DNA from: Acinetobacter phage vB_AbaM_ME3
Direction: 5' to 3' (one strand)
Sequence record: KU935715.1
Length of the DNA stretch: 64,000 nt
In this document: positions 1-11,160 of the stretch, piece after piece
How positions within the stretch are numbered: position 1 is the stretch's first letter
Layout of the letters: every line of letters begins with the position of its first letter
Position numbers and translations under genes: made by a program
Notes under the pieces: model-generated
What the model saw: only the letters and a program-made list of their open reading frames with translations
Database searches by the model: none
Told to the model about the DNA's origin: nothing

Positions 1-2
1 TA

Positions 3-302
3 GATAGTAATAAAGCTATAAAACCTTTAAACTTATCTTATCTTGAAACTCTTATAGGAGAAGAAAACATATACATTAGAAAACTAACTAAAGAGTTATT
101 CACTGATTCTATTACTGGAACTAAGTACATCAGTTTAACAGTACCTGAGTTTCAAGATAGTTTTTTAAAAGAAGGTTTAGTGTTTTTCCCAGGAGTTAAA
201 CCTAAAAAACAAATAAACACTTTAAAAATAAAAGCAGAACTAAAATCTTTAGATAAAAAGACAGTTCCTTTTATTTCTAGGATATTAGTAAGAGGTATTT
301 AA
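3..302 (+). CDS. hypothetical protein, 3' fragment (ends ...ISRILVRGI*)
   Basis: Open frame from the window edge to TAA at 300-302, directly abutting the next + strand ATG at 304. Confidence 0.35.
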   Translation, partial: DSNKAIKPLNLSYLETLIGEENIYIRKLTKELFTDSITGTKYISLTVPEFQDSFLKEGLVFFPGVKPKKQINTLKIKAELKSLDKKTVPFISRILVRGI

Positions 303-303
303 T

Positions 304-753
304 ATGGCAATTAAAGAAGATTATTTTGATGGAGATGGTGTTAACACAGTATTCAAAACATCTCTTAACTATGCTATAAATACAGTGACAGCGTTTTTAG
401 TAGGTGATACTAGTATTACACCAGTTACTGTTCAAACACTTGGAGAAGGATATATTGTACTAGATGTACCTCCTATGATAGGAGAACGATTAAAAATACA
501 ATATACAATAGAAGGTACTCTTCCTACAGATAATAAAGAAGAGTATGACATTAAGAAGAGGATAGTTGAATTAGAAAAGGCTGTTAAAGCTCTACATGAA
601 ACTAATATCGCTTTAACTCAAGCTTTAAATAATCGAATTAATATTTCAGCATTTCAAGCTTGGACAAGGTTAATTGAAAAGAAATTAGGAATAACGTTAG
701 TAGATAAAAACTTAGGTTACATCAGCCAAGAGTTATATACATCAGATAAATAA
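304..753 (+). CDS. hypothetical protein (149 aa)
   Basis: ORF track. It is one of only two plus-strand CDSs (with 3..302) and converges on and overlaps the 3' end of minus-strand ORF 717..1412. Confidence 0.45.
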   Translation: MAIKEDYFDGDGVNTVFKTSLNYAINTVTAFLVGDTSITPVTVQTLGEGYIVLDVPPMIGERLKIQYTIEGTLPTDNKEEYDIKKRIVELEKAVKALHETNIALTQALNNRINISAFQAWTRLIEKKLGITLVDKNLGYISQELYTSDK

Positions 754-1412
754 GTAATAGATTCATTTTGTTCATCTATTTGATTTAATCGTACCATCTC
801 TTTTTCCTTATTTAGTGTACTTGGATCATTACCATTTAAAAGAGTCTCAGATTCTAACATCGCATAATAAAGACAATGAGGAAAATGAGTATCAAAAAAT
901 GTGACATAAGACAAATTACTCCCTGAATCATATTTATTATGAATTTTAGGATAAAAATTTCTTACAGCTATAGCAAAAGCATCCTGATAATTTCTTAATA
1001 AGAATAACCAATGCTCTTTAGTTGTAAATATTCCAGCTTTTAAAGCAAATCTAATAAACATAGAATCATGATAACCATCATATAATCTCTGTAGGCATGT
1101 ATCTAAATCATGGTACAAACTACATAAATGGAGGAAAGCTAATTCCAGTCCAGTTTGATCTGTTCTGTATAGCTTTCCTCCTTTTTCTTTTAATAAGAAC
1201 TTAGGTTTAAAAATCCAACTATGAGGCTGGATGTCTTTATTATGAAAATCACTAAATTGAAACTTACTGTTATAATACGCCACATTAGCGTCTGTTACAC
1301 AATTAAGAGAATCAGTAATTAAATCAAAATTTACATTGGAATTATCAACTTTTCCTAAATTTTTATTACTAGAGACTTCTCTTCTAGGTAATTTATTAAT
1401 ATTCTGATTCAT
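717..1412 (-). CDS. hypothetical protein
   Basis: ORF track; no recognisable motif. Confidence 0.45.
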   Translation of the reverse strand: MNQNINKLPRREVSSNKNLGKVDNSNVNFDLITDSLNCVTDANVAYYNSKFQFSDFHNKDIQPHSWIFKPKFLLKEKGGKLYRTDQTGLELAFLHLCSLYHDLDTCLQRLYDGYHDSMFIRFALKAGIFTTKEHWLFLLRNYQDAFAIAVRNFYPKIHNKYDSGSNLSYVTFFDTHFPHCLYYAMLESETLLNGNDPSTLNKEKEMVRLNQIDEQNESITYLSDVYNSWLM

Positions 1413-1662
1413 CAGTTACTTCTCCATTATATAAAGTAATGAATTGATTTTTCACAATAGGATAATCATCTACAAATAAAATATTAACTCCACCAGAAGA
1501 AGATAAACTTAATGTAATCTCAACATATTCTTTATCTGAACTTATGTAGAGTCTTTGTAGAATATCCATCAATTCATTATGAGAAAGACTATTCAATTCT
1601 TGTATAGAATCTCTATCTAAGTAATATCTAACTTTAAAAGTATAGACTTCTGAATCGTTCAT
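1396..1662 (-). CDS. hypothetical protein
   Basis: ORF track. Confidence 0.4.
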   Translation of the reverse strand: MNDSEVYTFKVRYYLDRDSIQELNSLSHNELMDILQRLYISSDKEYVEITLSLSSSGGVNILFVDDYPIVKNQFITLYNGEVTDESEY

Positions 1663-1664
1663 AT

Positions 1665-3542
1665 TTATCCTAAATTAATAATATTACAGTTTTCTAAATT
1701 TGAAGTGTCTTTATGAGTAATTAAAATCATTTGATATCCACTTTGTGACATAGTGTCTAAAGCTTCAGTTATATCATTAGCTACTTCTACTGGAGAAGAT
1801 GCATCAATCTCATCGCCAATAAATAAAGGCAACATACCTAAAATAATACTTTGACCTAAAGACAATCTAAATGCTAAAGAAGATAAGTCTTTTTGAGCAC
1901 CACTTTTTAAGTTAATAGCAGATCCATCTACAATTAAATCATAAGTATCAGTAATCTCAATCTTAGTCATTACACCTTTAGTCATTGTATTTAAATAATT
2001 AGAAGAATGATGATTAATTAAAGGAATAGTTTCTTTTTTAATCTTATCCGTAATTTCATTAATTTCTTTAATCATTTTAACAACAATATCATGTTCTTCA
2101 GATAATACTAGATTCTTAGATTGAGCTTCTTCATACAAAGCTAATTGAGCTAGATAAATATCTTTTTCAGTCTTTAAAGCAATATACTCACTTCTAAGAG
2201 TTGCATTAGCTTGTTGTTCTACTAATAAACTATTAATTTTAGTTTGTATTTCTTTAATCTGATCTTCTACTGCTAAATTAAATTGAATAACTTGTTCATA
2301 AGAATCTTCAGCTTCTTTCCATCTCAGATATAAGTCAGAGGCTCTCTTAATGTTTGTTGTAAGCATCTTAGGAGTCCAGTCGTATAACTCATCTGATAAT
2401 AAACAATCTTCTTGTAGTAGCTTATTATGATCTTCTATAGCTTGTGCTAAAGTACTTTCAATATTTTTTATCTGCGTTTGAGTATCATCACTAAGATATT
2501 CCAAGTATAAACTTAAATCTTTAACAGAAAAACTATGTAACAAATGCGAAGAAGTTTTAATCTCAGATGTATCAAAAGTATGTTCGCACTTTGGACATGT
2601 TAATATTAAATCATCTAGAGAATTTACCATAACTTGATTTAAGGCAGCATTAACTTCTTTTACATCTAAAATTTTAGAAGTTAATAAGTCTTTATTAACA
2701 CCTTTTAACAAAGATCGTTTTTGATCTCTAAGACTATCAATAGTATCTAACAACTGAAAGTGAGTGTTAAGTTTTACAATTAAGGCTTCTTCTTGTTCTT
2801 TAGTAATTTGTGAAAGTTTTAAATCAACCTCTGACAAAGGACTAAGACGAGTAACTGAAGGCTTTTTAGTAGAACGAATTTGGTCTAATTCTGAATAAAG
2901 ATCTTTAAGAGCTGTATAGTCTTCTTTTAAATTATTAAGTAGTTCATCATAATCAATATCTAAATTCACTTTAGAAGAGATTTTTGGTTTTACAAGCATA
3001 TCCCTCAAAGTATCCATACCAACTTTTAATTCTTTTCTCTTAACATTTAGCCAATCTGTTAATTCCTTAGCATCCTCAATACCAGATACTTTATCAATAA
3101 ATTGAAGTCTTTTAGCTGGAGTTAATTCAGAGAAATATTGTAGTTTACCTTGTTGACAATAGTTACTTAATAGGTAGATATTATAATCATAGCCTAATAT
3201 TGAGATAATCTTATTATTAACAGTTGTAGTAGAATTAGCAATCTCTTTAAATACACCATTCTCTAATCTATTTAAAGAGGCATCGTTAGTTTTCCTCTTA
3301 ATCAAAAACGTATCATTTAAATAATTAAACTGTAACTCAACATATAAGCCTTTATAGGTAGTAGCCTTTCCTCGTAATGAACATGTCCCAAAGAAAGCAA
3401 AACCAATCATTTCAATTAATTCAGATTTTCCACTTCCATAGTTACCAATAATATAGTTACGACCAGGTTTAAAATCTACTCTAGTATCTTTATGAGCAAA
3501 AGAATTCTTAATGATAATATAATCTATTACTTGACTAGTCAT
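1665..3542 (-). CDS. SbcC/Rad50-like recombination ATPase (T4 gp46-like)
   Basis: N-terminal Walker A GNYGSGKSE, long central coiled coil with a CPKC zinc hook, C-terminal D-loop/Walker B LFIGDEID. Sits adjacent to the Mre11-like gene. Confidence 0.85.
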   Translation of the reverse strand: MTSQVIDYIIIKNSFAHKDTRVDFKPGRNYIIGNYGSGKSELIEMIGFAFFGTCSLRGKATTYKGLYVELQFNYLNDTFLIKRKTNDASLNRLENGVFKEIANSTTTVNNKIISILGYDYNIYLLSNYCQQGKLQYFSELTPAKRLQFIDKVSGIEDAKELTDWLNVKRKELKVGMDTLRDMLVKPKISSKVNLDIDYDELLNNLKEDYTALKDLYSELDQIRSTKKPSVTRLSPLSEVDLKLSQITKEQEEALIVKLNTHFQLLDTIDSLRDQKRSLLKGVNKDLLTSKILDVKEVNAALNQVMVNSLDDLILTCPKCEHTFDTSEIKTSSHLLHSFSVKDLSLYLEYLSDDTQTQIKNIESTLAQAIEDHNKLLQEDCLLSDELYDWTPKMLTTNIKRASDLYLRWKEAEDSYEQVIQFNLAVEDQIKEIQTKINSLLVEQQANATLRSEYIALKTEKDIYLAQLALYEEAQSKNLVLSEEHDIVVKMIKEINEITDKIKKETIPLINHHSSNYLNTMTKGVMTKIEITDTYDLIVDGSAINLKSGAQKDLSSLAFRLSLGQSIILGMLPLFIGDEIDASSPVEVANDITEALDTMSQSGYQMILITHKDTSNLENCNIINLG

Positions 3543-4648
3543 ACAGAATCCTTATAAGTTTTATCTAAAAATGTACTTAATATGTTATCTAAAAAATCAC
3601 TATGATTTGTGTTAGCTTCTTTAAAATTCTCTACCAATTCAATAAAAGAATGTTGAAACGTCTTAGTCTCATCTTCATTGATCTGTACAGTCTTATCTTC
3701 ACTTTGTTTTACAACAACCTTTCCTATGTTCTTATAAGTCAAACTAAGGCATTCAAAAGGTTCAGGAATTGTATCATCAGTATCTAATAAAATTCTAACA
3801 TTAGTATTTTTGAGACTGTCTTTATCTTTCTTTAATTTCTTTTCTAATTCACCAACTGTAGTAGTAAGGTATAAATCTCTTTCAGTATGCATTTCTTCAC
3901 TAAAAGCATAAGGCTGCATACTGCCAGTAACATAAATAGGAACACTATCTATAGAAGTTAAAGTAGGTTTATGTTCATGCCCAGTAACAACTAAATCAAA
4001 ATTCATTAGAATGCTTTTAGGAATATGGCGATCAATGAAGTGGTCACCACCAAAATTAGAGACTTCCCAATGACCAAAAGCTACTTTATACATCATATCT
4101 TTATACTTATAAAAGTTAGGCCTTTCTTCATCTAATGCCATAAATGGATTATAATGTGAGAAATATAATAAAAGATTTTTAGTAGCCTTAATAGGCTCCA
4201 TATAAGAAGAAACAATACTAATATTTTTAAATTTACTAGAATTTGTTAAAAAATATTTTTCTAATAACTGGAAACTACTAACTCGTGATGTATCTTTAGA
4301 CATATCATGATTTCCACTAAGAACTATATACTTAGTATTAGGATTCTCTTTACTAGCTTGCTCAATTGAGTCTATACAATAATTTAAGCAACTATTAGAT
4401 ACCCTTACTTTATCAAAGAGATCTCCAACAATGACACAGTAGTCTGCTTTTCTTTTAAGTAGATCTTGAAACTGATTCTGAATCATTTGCTCTCTTTCAC
4501 CTAATCGATGCTTGGGAACTCCAGTTCTAAATACTCTTCCTAAGTGAACATCACCTATTACACTTAAAGTAATCCCATCAATAACAAACAAAGGATTTCT
4601 CTTATCATTTGTTCTAATGTACCCTTTAATATAATTTTTTAATAACAT
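3539..4648 (-). CDS. SbcD/Mre11-like nuclease (T4 gp47-like)
   Basis: Calcineurin-fold phosphoesterase motifs GDVHLG, VIVGDLFD, SGNHD and VTGHEH. Confidence 0.9.
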   Translation of the reverse strand: MLLKNYIKGYIRTNDKRNPLFVIDGITLSVIGDVHLGRVFRTGVPKHRLGEREQMIQNQFQDLLKRKADYCVIVGDLFDKVRVSNSCLNYCIDSIEQASKENPNTKYIVLSGNHDMSKDTSRVSSFQLLEKYFLTNSSKFKNISIVSSYMEPIKATKNLLLYFSHYNPFMALDEERPNFYKYKDMMYKVAFGHWEVSNFGGDHFIDRHIPKSILMNFDLVVTGHEHKPTLTSIDSVPIYVTGSMQPYAFSEEMHTERDLYLTTTVGELEKKLKKDKDSLKNTNVRILLDTDDTIPEPFECLSLTYKNIGKVVVKQSEDKTVQINEDETKTFQHSFIELVENFKEANTNHSDFLDNILSTFLDKTYKDSV

Positions 4649-4757
4649 ATTATTTAATTTTTACCAATATAATTATGTTGAGTGAAATAACATAAAGTCA
4701 CTCCACTCAACATATACTTAATCTGTTAACTATTTAATGTAAATAATTTACAGCAGA

Positions 4758-5327
4758 TTAGAATGGTAAATCATCATCTGCTTGAGAATTAGCTGATGCA
4801 GTGTCTTCTCCAGCTTGAGCCCACTCATCCCCTCGACGTTCTACAGGAACTAAAGATTTAACAAGAATCGAATGAAGATAAGTATTCACTTGACCATTAG
4901 CTTTAGATTCACGAGTAGAAAAACGAAGATCACCAAAAGAACCGTTACCTACTAAAGTAGATGTACGATCTACTGGACGACCATCTTCAAGAAGATAAGT
5001 TTTAGGCCATGTCCAATCTGGAGTTTCTCTCCCATCGGGATAAGTAGCTTTTTGAGAGAAGCCGATAACATAATATTCATCATCTTCATTAGCAAACTCT
5101 TCTGGAGGATCGATTTTATACTTAGTACGGAACTCTTCTCCAGAGATCTCTTTGACTGTTTTATTAAGCTTTAACTTTTTAAATTCTTTAGCATCTGCTT
5201 TACTTAAACAGATAGTAACAGAGAATTTCTTAGTTAACCCAGTTGTATCAAATGGATCTTTTTGAGCTTCAGCGATTTTGGTATATAAAAAATAAACATT
5301 TTCTAATTTAACTAAATTTTGTGACAT
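4758..5327 (-). CDS. ssDNA-binding protein with acidic C-terminal tail
   Basis: C-terminus ...QADDDLPF resembles the SSB/gp2.5 acidic tail that recruits replisome partners. Sits beside the polymerase gene and has an AAGGAA RBS. Confidence 0.6.
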   Translation of the reverse strand: MSQNLVKLENVYFLYTKIAEAQKDPFDTTGLTKKFSVTICLSKADAKEFKKLKLNKTVKEISGEEFRTKYKIDPPEEFANEDDEYYVIGFSQKATYPDGRETPDWTWPKTYLLEDGRPVDRTSTLVGNGSFGDLRFSTRESKANGQVNTYLHSILVKSLVPVERRGDEWAQAGEDTASANSQADDDLPF

Positions 5328-5446
5328 AATAATCTTTTCCTTAACTATGTGTGGCGTAATAGCCTATATTTTGAGTTAATTGTAATCTAAGCAAGATATG
5401 TTTTAAGAGACTCTTGCATCTCTTCATACGGGTAAGAATATGCATA

Positions 5447-5707
5447 TTAATGACACTCTGCCCAATTTGTTCCGACGATATATTCCATACCTAAAGGAAC
5501 TCGTAAATTTAAATCTAAACAAACTCTAAAGATCTCTTGATTAATAAATTGATCCATAGTATTTGATTCACAGAAATAGTATCCTTCCTCATTGTGGCCT
5601 ACAGAGCTACTATCTTTATATTCTTTAGAGGCTGCCTTAGCTTCCTTTTCATCATCATACATATGAATTTTGAAGAAATCTTCAGGACAGTCAAATTGTG
5701 CTTCATC
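5447..5707 (-). CDS. DNA polymerase (family A, T7 gp5-like), exon 2
   Basis: Begins with the DE of motif C (VYH|DEAQF...) and ends ...GTNWAECH, like the T7 gp5 C-terminus ...NWAICH. Preceded by an omega-G. Confidence 0.8.
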   Translation of the reverse strand, partial: DEAQFDCPEDFFKIHMYDDEKEAKAASKEYKDSSSVGHNEEGYYFCESNTMDQFINQEIFRVCLDLNLRVPLGMEYIVGTNWAECH

Positions 5708-6021
5708 CAATTTTGTTATGGGTACGTCACACCCTTCTCATAGTTTCCTATGAGTTCAGACTATATCATAATCCTGATAATACAATATATCACAGGACTC
5801 CTATCGTTTTGGAGTTGAACGATTTATCTCCTACTCTACTCACTTCTACATTACTGTATGTTTTCGATAGTCGTTAGGCATTTAGAGCATATGCTCATTT
5901 AGCACGGGATTGGCATATGCATTAAATACACTTAGCTTTCCCCGTTTAGATAGGTTTTACAATACGAATTACTTCGTAAAGCCACTCTTATTAGACTAAT
6001 AATCTAATCGGATATTTCCGA
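5708..6021 (-). mobile_element. group I intron (no ORF) in the DNA polymerase gene
   Basis: Exon 1 ends in U (..TACCAU|). A GAGUGG guide sequence pairs with CCAU + UC to form P1. The R-like element aacGACUAucg and S-like element GAUAUAGUC form P7. P9 is a hairpin CUCAUAG-GAAA-CUAUGAG. The terminal G immediately precedes exon 2. Splicing restores the HDE motif. Confidence 0.8.
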
Positions 6022-8820
6022 ATGGTACACAATCATTAAATAAACTTTTTTCTTTTCATCTTCTTCAGTATCAACTAAAGGATCACCTAGTATACCAAGT
6101 TCCTCAAGTCTTCTACAAACTCCAACAATAGTATATTTAACACAAATAGCTCCAGCAGATTGAAACAATAAGTTAATTAAACTATGTTGGCTTCTTACAA
6201 ATAATTTTCTACCATCAATACCAATAATGTATTGTTTACCAGTAGACTTCCAAAATGCTTCTACTTTATCTCTTAATTCTTTAAGGGCAGGTACAGCATC
6301 CCAATAAGCTAAGAACAATCGTTCTGACTCAGCTTTATTAATTCTTAACATCTTAGCTAATTTTGCGGCTTGCGCTCCGTACATACAAGCATAAGAGAAA
6401 GATTTGGCGTTATCTCTTGTAATATCTAACTTATTCGCATTGATACTATTACCTGTAACAGATACACAACTATGTCTACGAATAATAATATAACTAGAAG
6501 GTACAGTTACACACCATACATCTTCTTTTTCTACTTTCTCTTCAGTAATATCATTAACTGTAATTTTAAACCCATCTACATTTAAAGGAGGTTGATCCTT
6601 TAATAAAGATATAGATGTTTGATATAAGTTACTACCATTTAAATCTTTAACTATAAGAAAAGGAGAAGAGCCAGAAAGTCTTTCCATTAAAATTAAAGTA
6701 TTAATAAAATCATAATCTAACGATTGAACAATAAAACAAGATTCTTTTTTACTAAGACTAATAACTTTATCAATATTATCCTTAACAACTTGATAAGAGC
6801 TTTTCTCTAATGTTCTTTCATCATGCTCTAAGATACCATTAGCAGGAATAAAACAATTTAAATTAGTACTTAAATAATTCTTCAAATCTCTAGCTAATAT
6901 AGTGATATGGTTTTCAAGATCACGATTATATAAAACAACTCTATGATTTGCAGTAACACGTTGGCTAAGCCTATCAGTCACAATATTAATCATGACATCT
7001 TTATTAACACCTTTTATAATATCAGAAGGAGTTGTGTATGTAATAGTTTTAGTTTCACTGTTCCAATTAGCAACTAGTGATGTAGGAGTTATACTAGAGT
7101 GATCTACCCAACCATCTTTAGTCAGTATTTCTGTATCTAAAGATAAACAATGAATATCATTCGGCTTCTCCGCGATTAATGCCTCTGCTAAAGCTGCACC
7201 ATCTGAATACGGGAGAACATAATGACCCTGAATCCTTGCCTCTAATGAAGAGAAGTCAAAACCGAATTGTTTTCGGCCTGGACCACAAGAGAATAAGCTA
7301 CGCATACGGTCTCCCCCAGGAGAAGACACACGAGGAATATTACAAACAACTTTATGACGGTATCTACCGCCATTAGCACCTAATGTGTCAGCAGGCGTTC
7401 CTATTCGACCATTTTCCCTAACTTGACTAAGAAATCCTGTTAATGGATCCCCATCATCATTCTCTTTACTACCAGCAATAGAATTACGTCGATGTTTAAA
7501 TGTAAGATACTTTAATACATCTTCTACAAACTCAGCTTCTTTTCCTAAAGCTTTTAAGTTATCACAAATCTTTTTCTCAGTACCAATTCTTAACATAGGA
7601 CTAACAGGTACTTTAATACTGAATCCACCTTTTTGGGAAAGTAGGAAAGAAGCTAAAGCTCTTTCATCTTTTAATCCAAGAATATCTAATCGATGCTGCT
7701 TATAAGGTCCATTAAGAGTATTGTCAACATAACGAAGAATAGCTTCTTCCATTTTAGTTTCACTAAGTTTATGTTTTTTAGTATCTTTAGTTAGATCTCT
7801 TTCTTTCCACTCCATAGGATCCCATCCTAAGTCAAGTAAGAAAGCTTTAAGATAGTCTAAATTATCAATAGATCCAGGAATTAATTCCTTTAAACAAACT
7901 TCAGGATCAATAGGAAGAGGATATTCTCTACCCTCAAAAGTAACTATAGTTTTATCTTCATTTACTTCAGCTCCAATTCTTGTAATGAAGTTAAGCATAT
8001 GAGAAGACAAGTCTCCATTCTTCTTGATTTGAGTTTTAGGAGGTTGATACTCTTTAGCTTCCCCTTTATTAAGAGGACGAGGAGGTAAGATAGCATCTAC
8101 TTCAAGTTTAATCCTATCTAGAATCCCTTGAAAGTATTCCACAGCTTCTACAGCTTTTTCACTCTCAAAATGGAATCCTCTAAGCTCTTGAGACACAGTA
8201 AGAGACATGAGCTTAACTTCCATTCGATAAGCTTTTTCATATATCTCCCAGCCTTTATCACCCATTTCTTCTAATAAGGCAACATATATATTTGCTTGTG
8301 TAAGAGTATCTCCCTCACAATATATTACCATTTCTTCTGAATAGTTTTCAAAGTCATGGAAATCAATCTTAGGTACTCCTAGAGTTTTACCCCATGCTTC
8401 AACACTATGACCACCAAATCTATCTTGTTTTAAAAGTTTTGATAAAAGTAACGTATCAATAAATTTAATAGGTCGACCAAAGAGAGTATCTGTCTCTCCT
8501 TCATAACCTACACGATAATCAACAACGTTAAATAATTGAAGCATAACCATATCGTATGCAATACCATTATGAAAGATCAACTCTTCACAATCTTTTAAAA
8601 GTTCTTTAAGATTATCAGAAGTGCATTCATCTAATTTTAACGATATAACATCATCTTGATTATCAAAGTCCCTAATAGCAATACACCACAATCTTGCATG
8701 TGGCTTTAGTACCATAGGTTTTAAAGTGTAATCTAATAAGTGTTCTATGAAACCATTTGTTTCAATATCCAGAACAGCTCTTCGAAAACGTTTAGTCATA
8801 ATTTTCCTAAAATTGCACAA
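6022..8820 (-). CDS. DNA polymerase (family A, T7 gp5-like), exon 1 including the intein
   Basis: 3'-5' exonuclease motifs VLDIETNG, HNGIAYD and YCEGD. Polymerase motif A FDFSSLEARI and motif B RDNAKSFSYACMYG (T7: RDNAKTFIYGFLYG), then RSQHSLINLLFQSAGA. The ORF reads through into the intron (..YHSEISD*). Confidence 0.9.
6448..7149 (-). mobile_element. mini-intein (234 aa) in the DNA polymerase, after DIH
   Basis: N-terminal block A is CLSLDTEIL, starting at the Cys after DIH. Block B is VTANHRVV. Block F-like is DVWCVTVPSSYIII. It ends ...VTGN, followed by the +1 Ser. Removing it restores T7-like spacing of 10 aa between DIH and RDNAK. No LAGLIDADG motif was seen. Confidence 0.7.
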
Positions 8821-8858
8821 TCAGTCAGCGAAAGAATGTACATGATTTATATTTATTA

Positions 8859-10649
8859 TTAATATGTAGCTTTAGATGGATCTTCAACATCTTCTTCAGA
8901 GAAAACATGAGGATTAAGTTTTTTATAATCGTCCAATCTAAATAACAGATGAGCTGCATTATCATAATACAGATCTGCTGATGGTCCAGTTAAACCAGTT
9001 TGTCGATTTTTAGAAATCATTACCTTAATAACATTAGTATTAGGATTACTTTTATCTAAATACTTATTACGATTAAGTAGCATTGTGAAGAACGAAGATT
9101 TAATAATAGTAGAGGAACCCATAATTTCAGATTCCATATACATTTTATTTTGGTCCACACGACCATCTTGTTTACGAATATGATTAATACATACAAAAAT
9201 AATTTCATAGCGTTTAATCATAATCTTTAACCACGCTAAAAACTCTTCTTGATCTTCATTACTTAAACCAGCAAATAAATCTTGAAGTGGGTCAATAACA
9301 ATAACTTTACAATCACAAGCAATAATTAATTGCTCAATAAGTTCTTTAATACGATTAATATTTCCATCAAGTTCTTCCATGAAGTAGAAACGGACATCTC
9401 CTTCTTCAGTAAAGAATAGATCTCTATTGTGTTCTACAGTTTCTTCAAGGAGAGCTTGTCGGCCTAAGGAATCTAAAAGAGCTAGCTTACGATTAAGATG
9501 ACGAGAAGCTAAAAGTTTAGAAAATTCCTTACGGGTTGATTCTAATGCAAGAATACCTACTTTATAAGGTTCTTTCATAATCCAATGATAAATCATTTCA
9601 TTAAGAATAGTTGATTTACCAATACCTGATGGAGCGACAATATTAAAGATACTTGGAAAATCTAATCCACCCATTAATAAATCATCTTGAACATGACTTA
9701 AGAATGGAGGGAAAGTTAATCTTGGTTTTTCTTCAAAATCATAAAGATCATTAAATAAAGCGTCTGAACCTACAATACCAGAAGGACTATAAATCTGAGA
9801 TCTAAAATAAGCATTAACAAGTTCTTTTTCTTTTTTATCTTGAAGCATTACATTAGGATCTTTGAATCCATTAGGTAATGTCATGATATGAACTTTTCCT
9901 TTAGGTAAGTATTTTACTAATTGATGTAAATGCTTTAAACCAGCCTCATCCTGATCAGGGCAAACAGTAATACGATCAAATGTGTCAAACCAAGCATATT
10001 GCTTTTGAATCTGTTTATAACCACCTTCACCAATAGTAGTACATACTACTGGTATTTCACCATACCCTTTTCGTTCTGATTCTTTAGATACCACTTGATA
10101 CAAAGTCATTGTATCAATTTCACCACAAGCAATAATACATCTTCTAGCTTTAGTATTATAAAATGCAACTTGACCAAACAAATCACATTCCATACCAACT
10201 TCACCTTTCTTGTAGAAGTTCTTTTCTAAATCTCTCCAACGTACACCAGATAACTCATTATTTTTAGTTACAGGATAATATTGAAATTTAGGTTTACCTG
10301 TGCTTGGATCGATTTCATGCATCACTCCATATTTTTCACAAGTTTCCTTATGTAGTCCTCGATAACCTCTAGGATCTGTAGTTGTATTGTCAGTTAGGTT
10401 AGACCAGTACTCAGGACTGAATTCTAGACCCATATCTATATCCTCTATGTAATACTCTTTATTTATTTTCTTTTTATAAGTCTCAGATAGAGTTAAAATG
10501 CCATGTCCTGACCAACAGTAAACACCACCATCTTCATAATGAATAGCATTATTCTTAGACCTGTCTCTACCTTCAGCAGCACATTTAGGACATTGACCTT
10601 TTTTAATAACTCTAGATGATTTTAATTCTTCTTCTAATTTTTTAGACAT
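8859..10649 (-). CDS. primase-helicase (T7 gp4-like)
   Basis: N-terminal Cys4 zinc ribbon (CPKC...CW.GH). TOPRIM motif DQDEAG. DnaB-type Walker A APSGIGKSTI and Walker B IVIDPL. Confidence 0.9.
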   Translation of the reverse strand: MSKKLEEELKSSRVIKKGQCPKCAAEGRDRSKNNAIHYEDGGVYCWSGHGILTLSETYKKKINKEYYIEDIDMGLEFSPEYWSNLTDNTTTDPRGYRGLHKETCEKYGVMHEIDPSTGKPKFQYYPVTKNNELSGVRWRDLEKNFYKKGEVGMECDLFGQVAFYNTKARRCIIACGEIDTMTLYQVVSKESERKGYGEIPVVCTTIGEGGYKQIQKQYAWFDTFDRITVCPDQDEAGLKHLHQLVKYLPKGKVHIMTLPNGFKDPNVMLQDKKEKELVNAYFRSQIYSPSGIVGSDALFNDLYDFEEKPRLTFPPFLSHVQDDLLMGGLDFPSIFNIVAPSGIGKSTILNEMIYHWIMKEPYKVGILALESTRKEFSKLLASRHLNRKLALLDSLGRQALLEETVEHNRDLFFTEEGDVRFYFMEELDGNINRIKELIEQLIIACDCKVIVIDPLQDLFAGLSNEDQEEFLAWLKIMIKRYEIIFVCINHIRKQDGRVDQNKMYMESEIMGSSTIIKSSFFTMLLNRNKYLDKSNPNTNVIKVMISKNRQTGLTGPSADLYYDNAAHLLFRLDDYKKLNPHVFSEEDVEDPSKATY

Positions 10650-11160
10650 TATTCATTTCTTTTATTAATATCTTAATAGCTTCTTCTCTAATAGCTAAAG
10701 CTTTCTTTGGCATTACAAGATTGCGAGATGTATAAAACTCTTCTATTCTTTTCTCTTTAATTAATTTAATTACATACTTAGTACATAAAGCATCTTCAAA
10801 AGACATACCAAATCTTTTTGCATAGGTTGCTGCATAGTTGCAGTTCTTACAAATAAGCTGAAGATCATCTGCTGTAACAAATACAACTCTTTTAAAGAAT
10901 GATTCAATATCTGCTACAGTTTTTAAACTATAATCTCCACCATGTTTATGATCGACTTGCATATCACCAATGACATAATCTTGATGACATAGAGCACAAG
11001 TAGCACCCCATACAGTTTTCTTGCCTTTCTTTTTAGGATTAGGTATTTGACGTCTTTTACTTGCAATTAATTTTAACTTAACAGGGTGACGCATCCATAC
11101 AGCACCTCTAATCCCGACCACGTATCCATGAAAAGAATTCTGCTTCAGTTTTCCATACAT
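10642..11160 (-). CDS. HNH endonuclease (free-standing, homing type)
   Basis: CHQDY...VDHKHGGD...N...CKNCN, an HNH motif with flanking Cys pairs. Confidence 0.7.
   Translation of the reverse strand: MYGKLKQNSFHGYVVGIRGAVWMRHPVKLKLIASKRRQIPNPKKKGKKTVWGATCALCHQDYVIGDMQVDHKHGGDYSLKTVADIESFFKRVVFVTADDLQLICKNCNYAATYAKRFGMSFEDALCTKYVIKLIKEKRIEEFYTSRNLVMPKKALAIREEAIKILIKEMNNV

Noticed and set aside
5711-6003. Structured 290-nt spacer downstream of the polymerase ORF, considered as a possible ncRNA or tRNA cluster
   Set aside because: It is explained as the group I intron core (P1, P7, P9, omega G) lying between the two polymerase exons.
7179-7376. Plus-strand 65-aa ORF inside the intein region
   Set aside because: It is antisense to the polymerase/intein coding sequence and has no RBS or motif.
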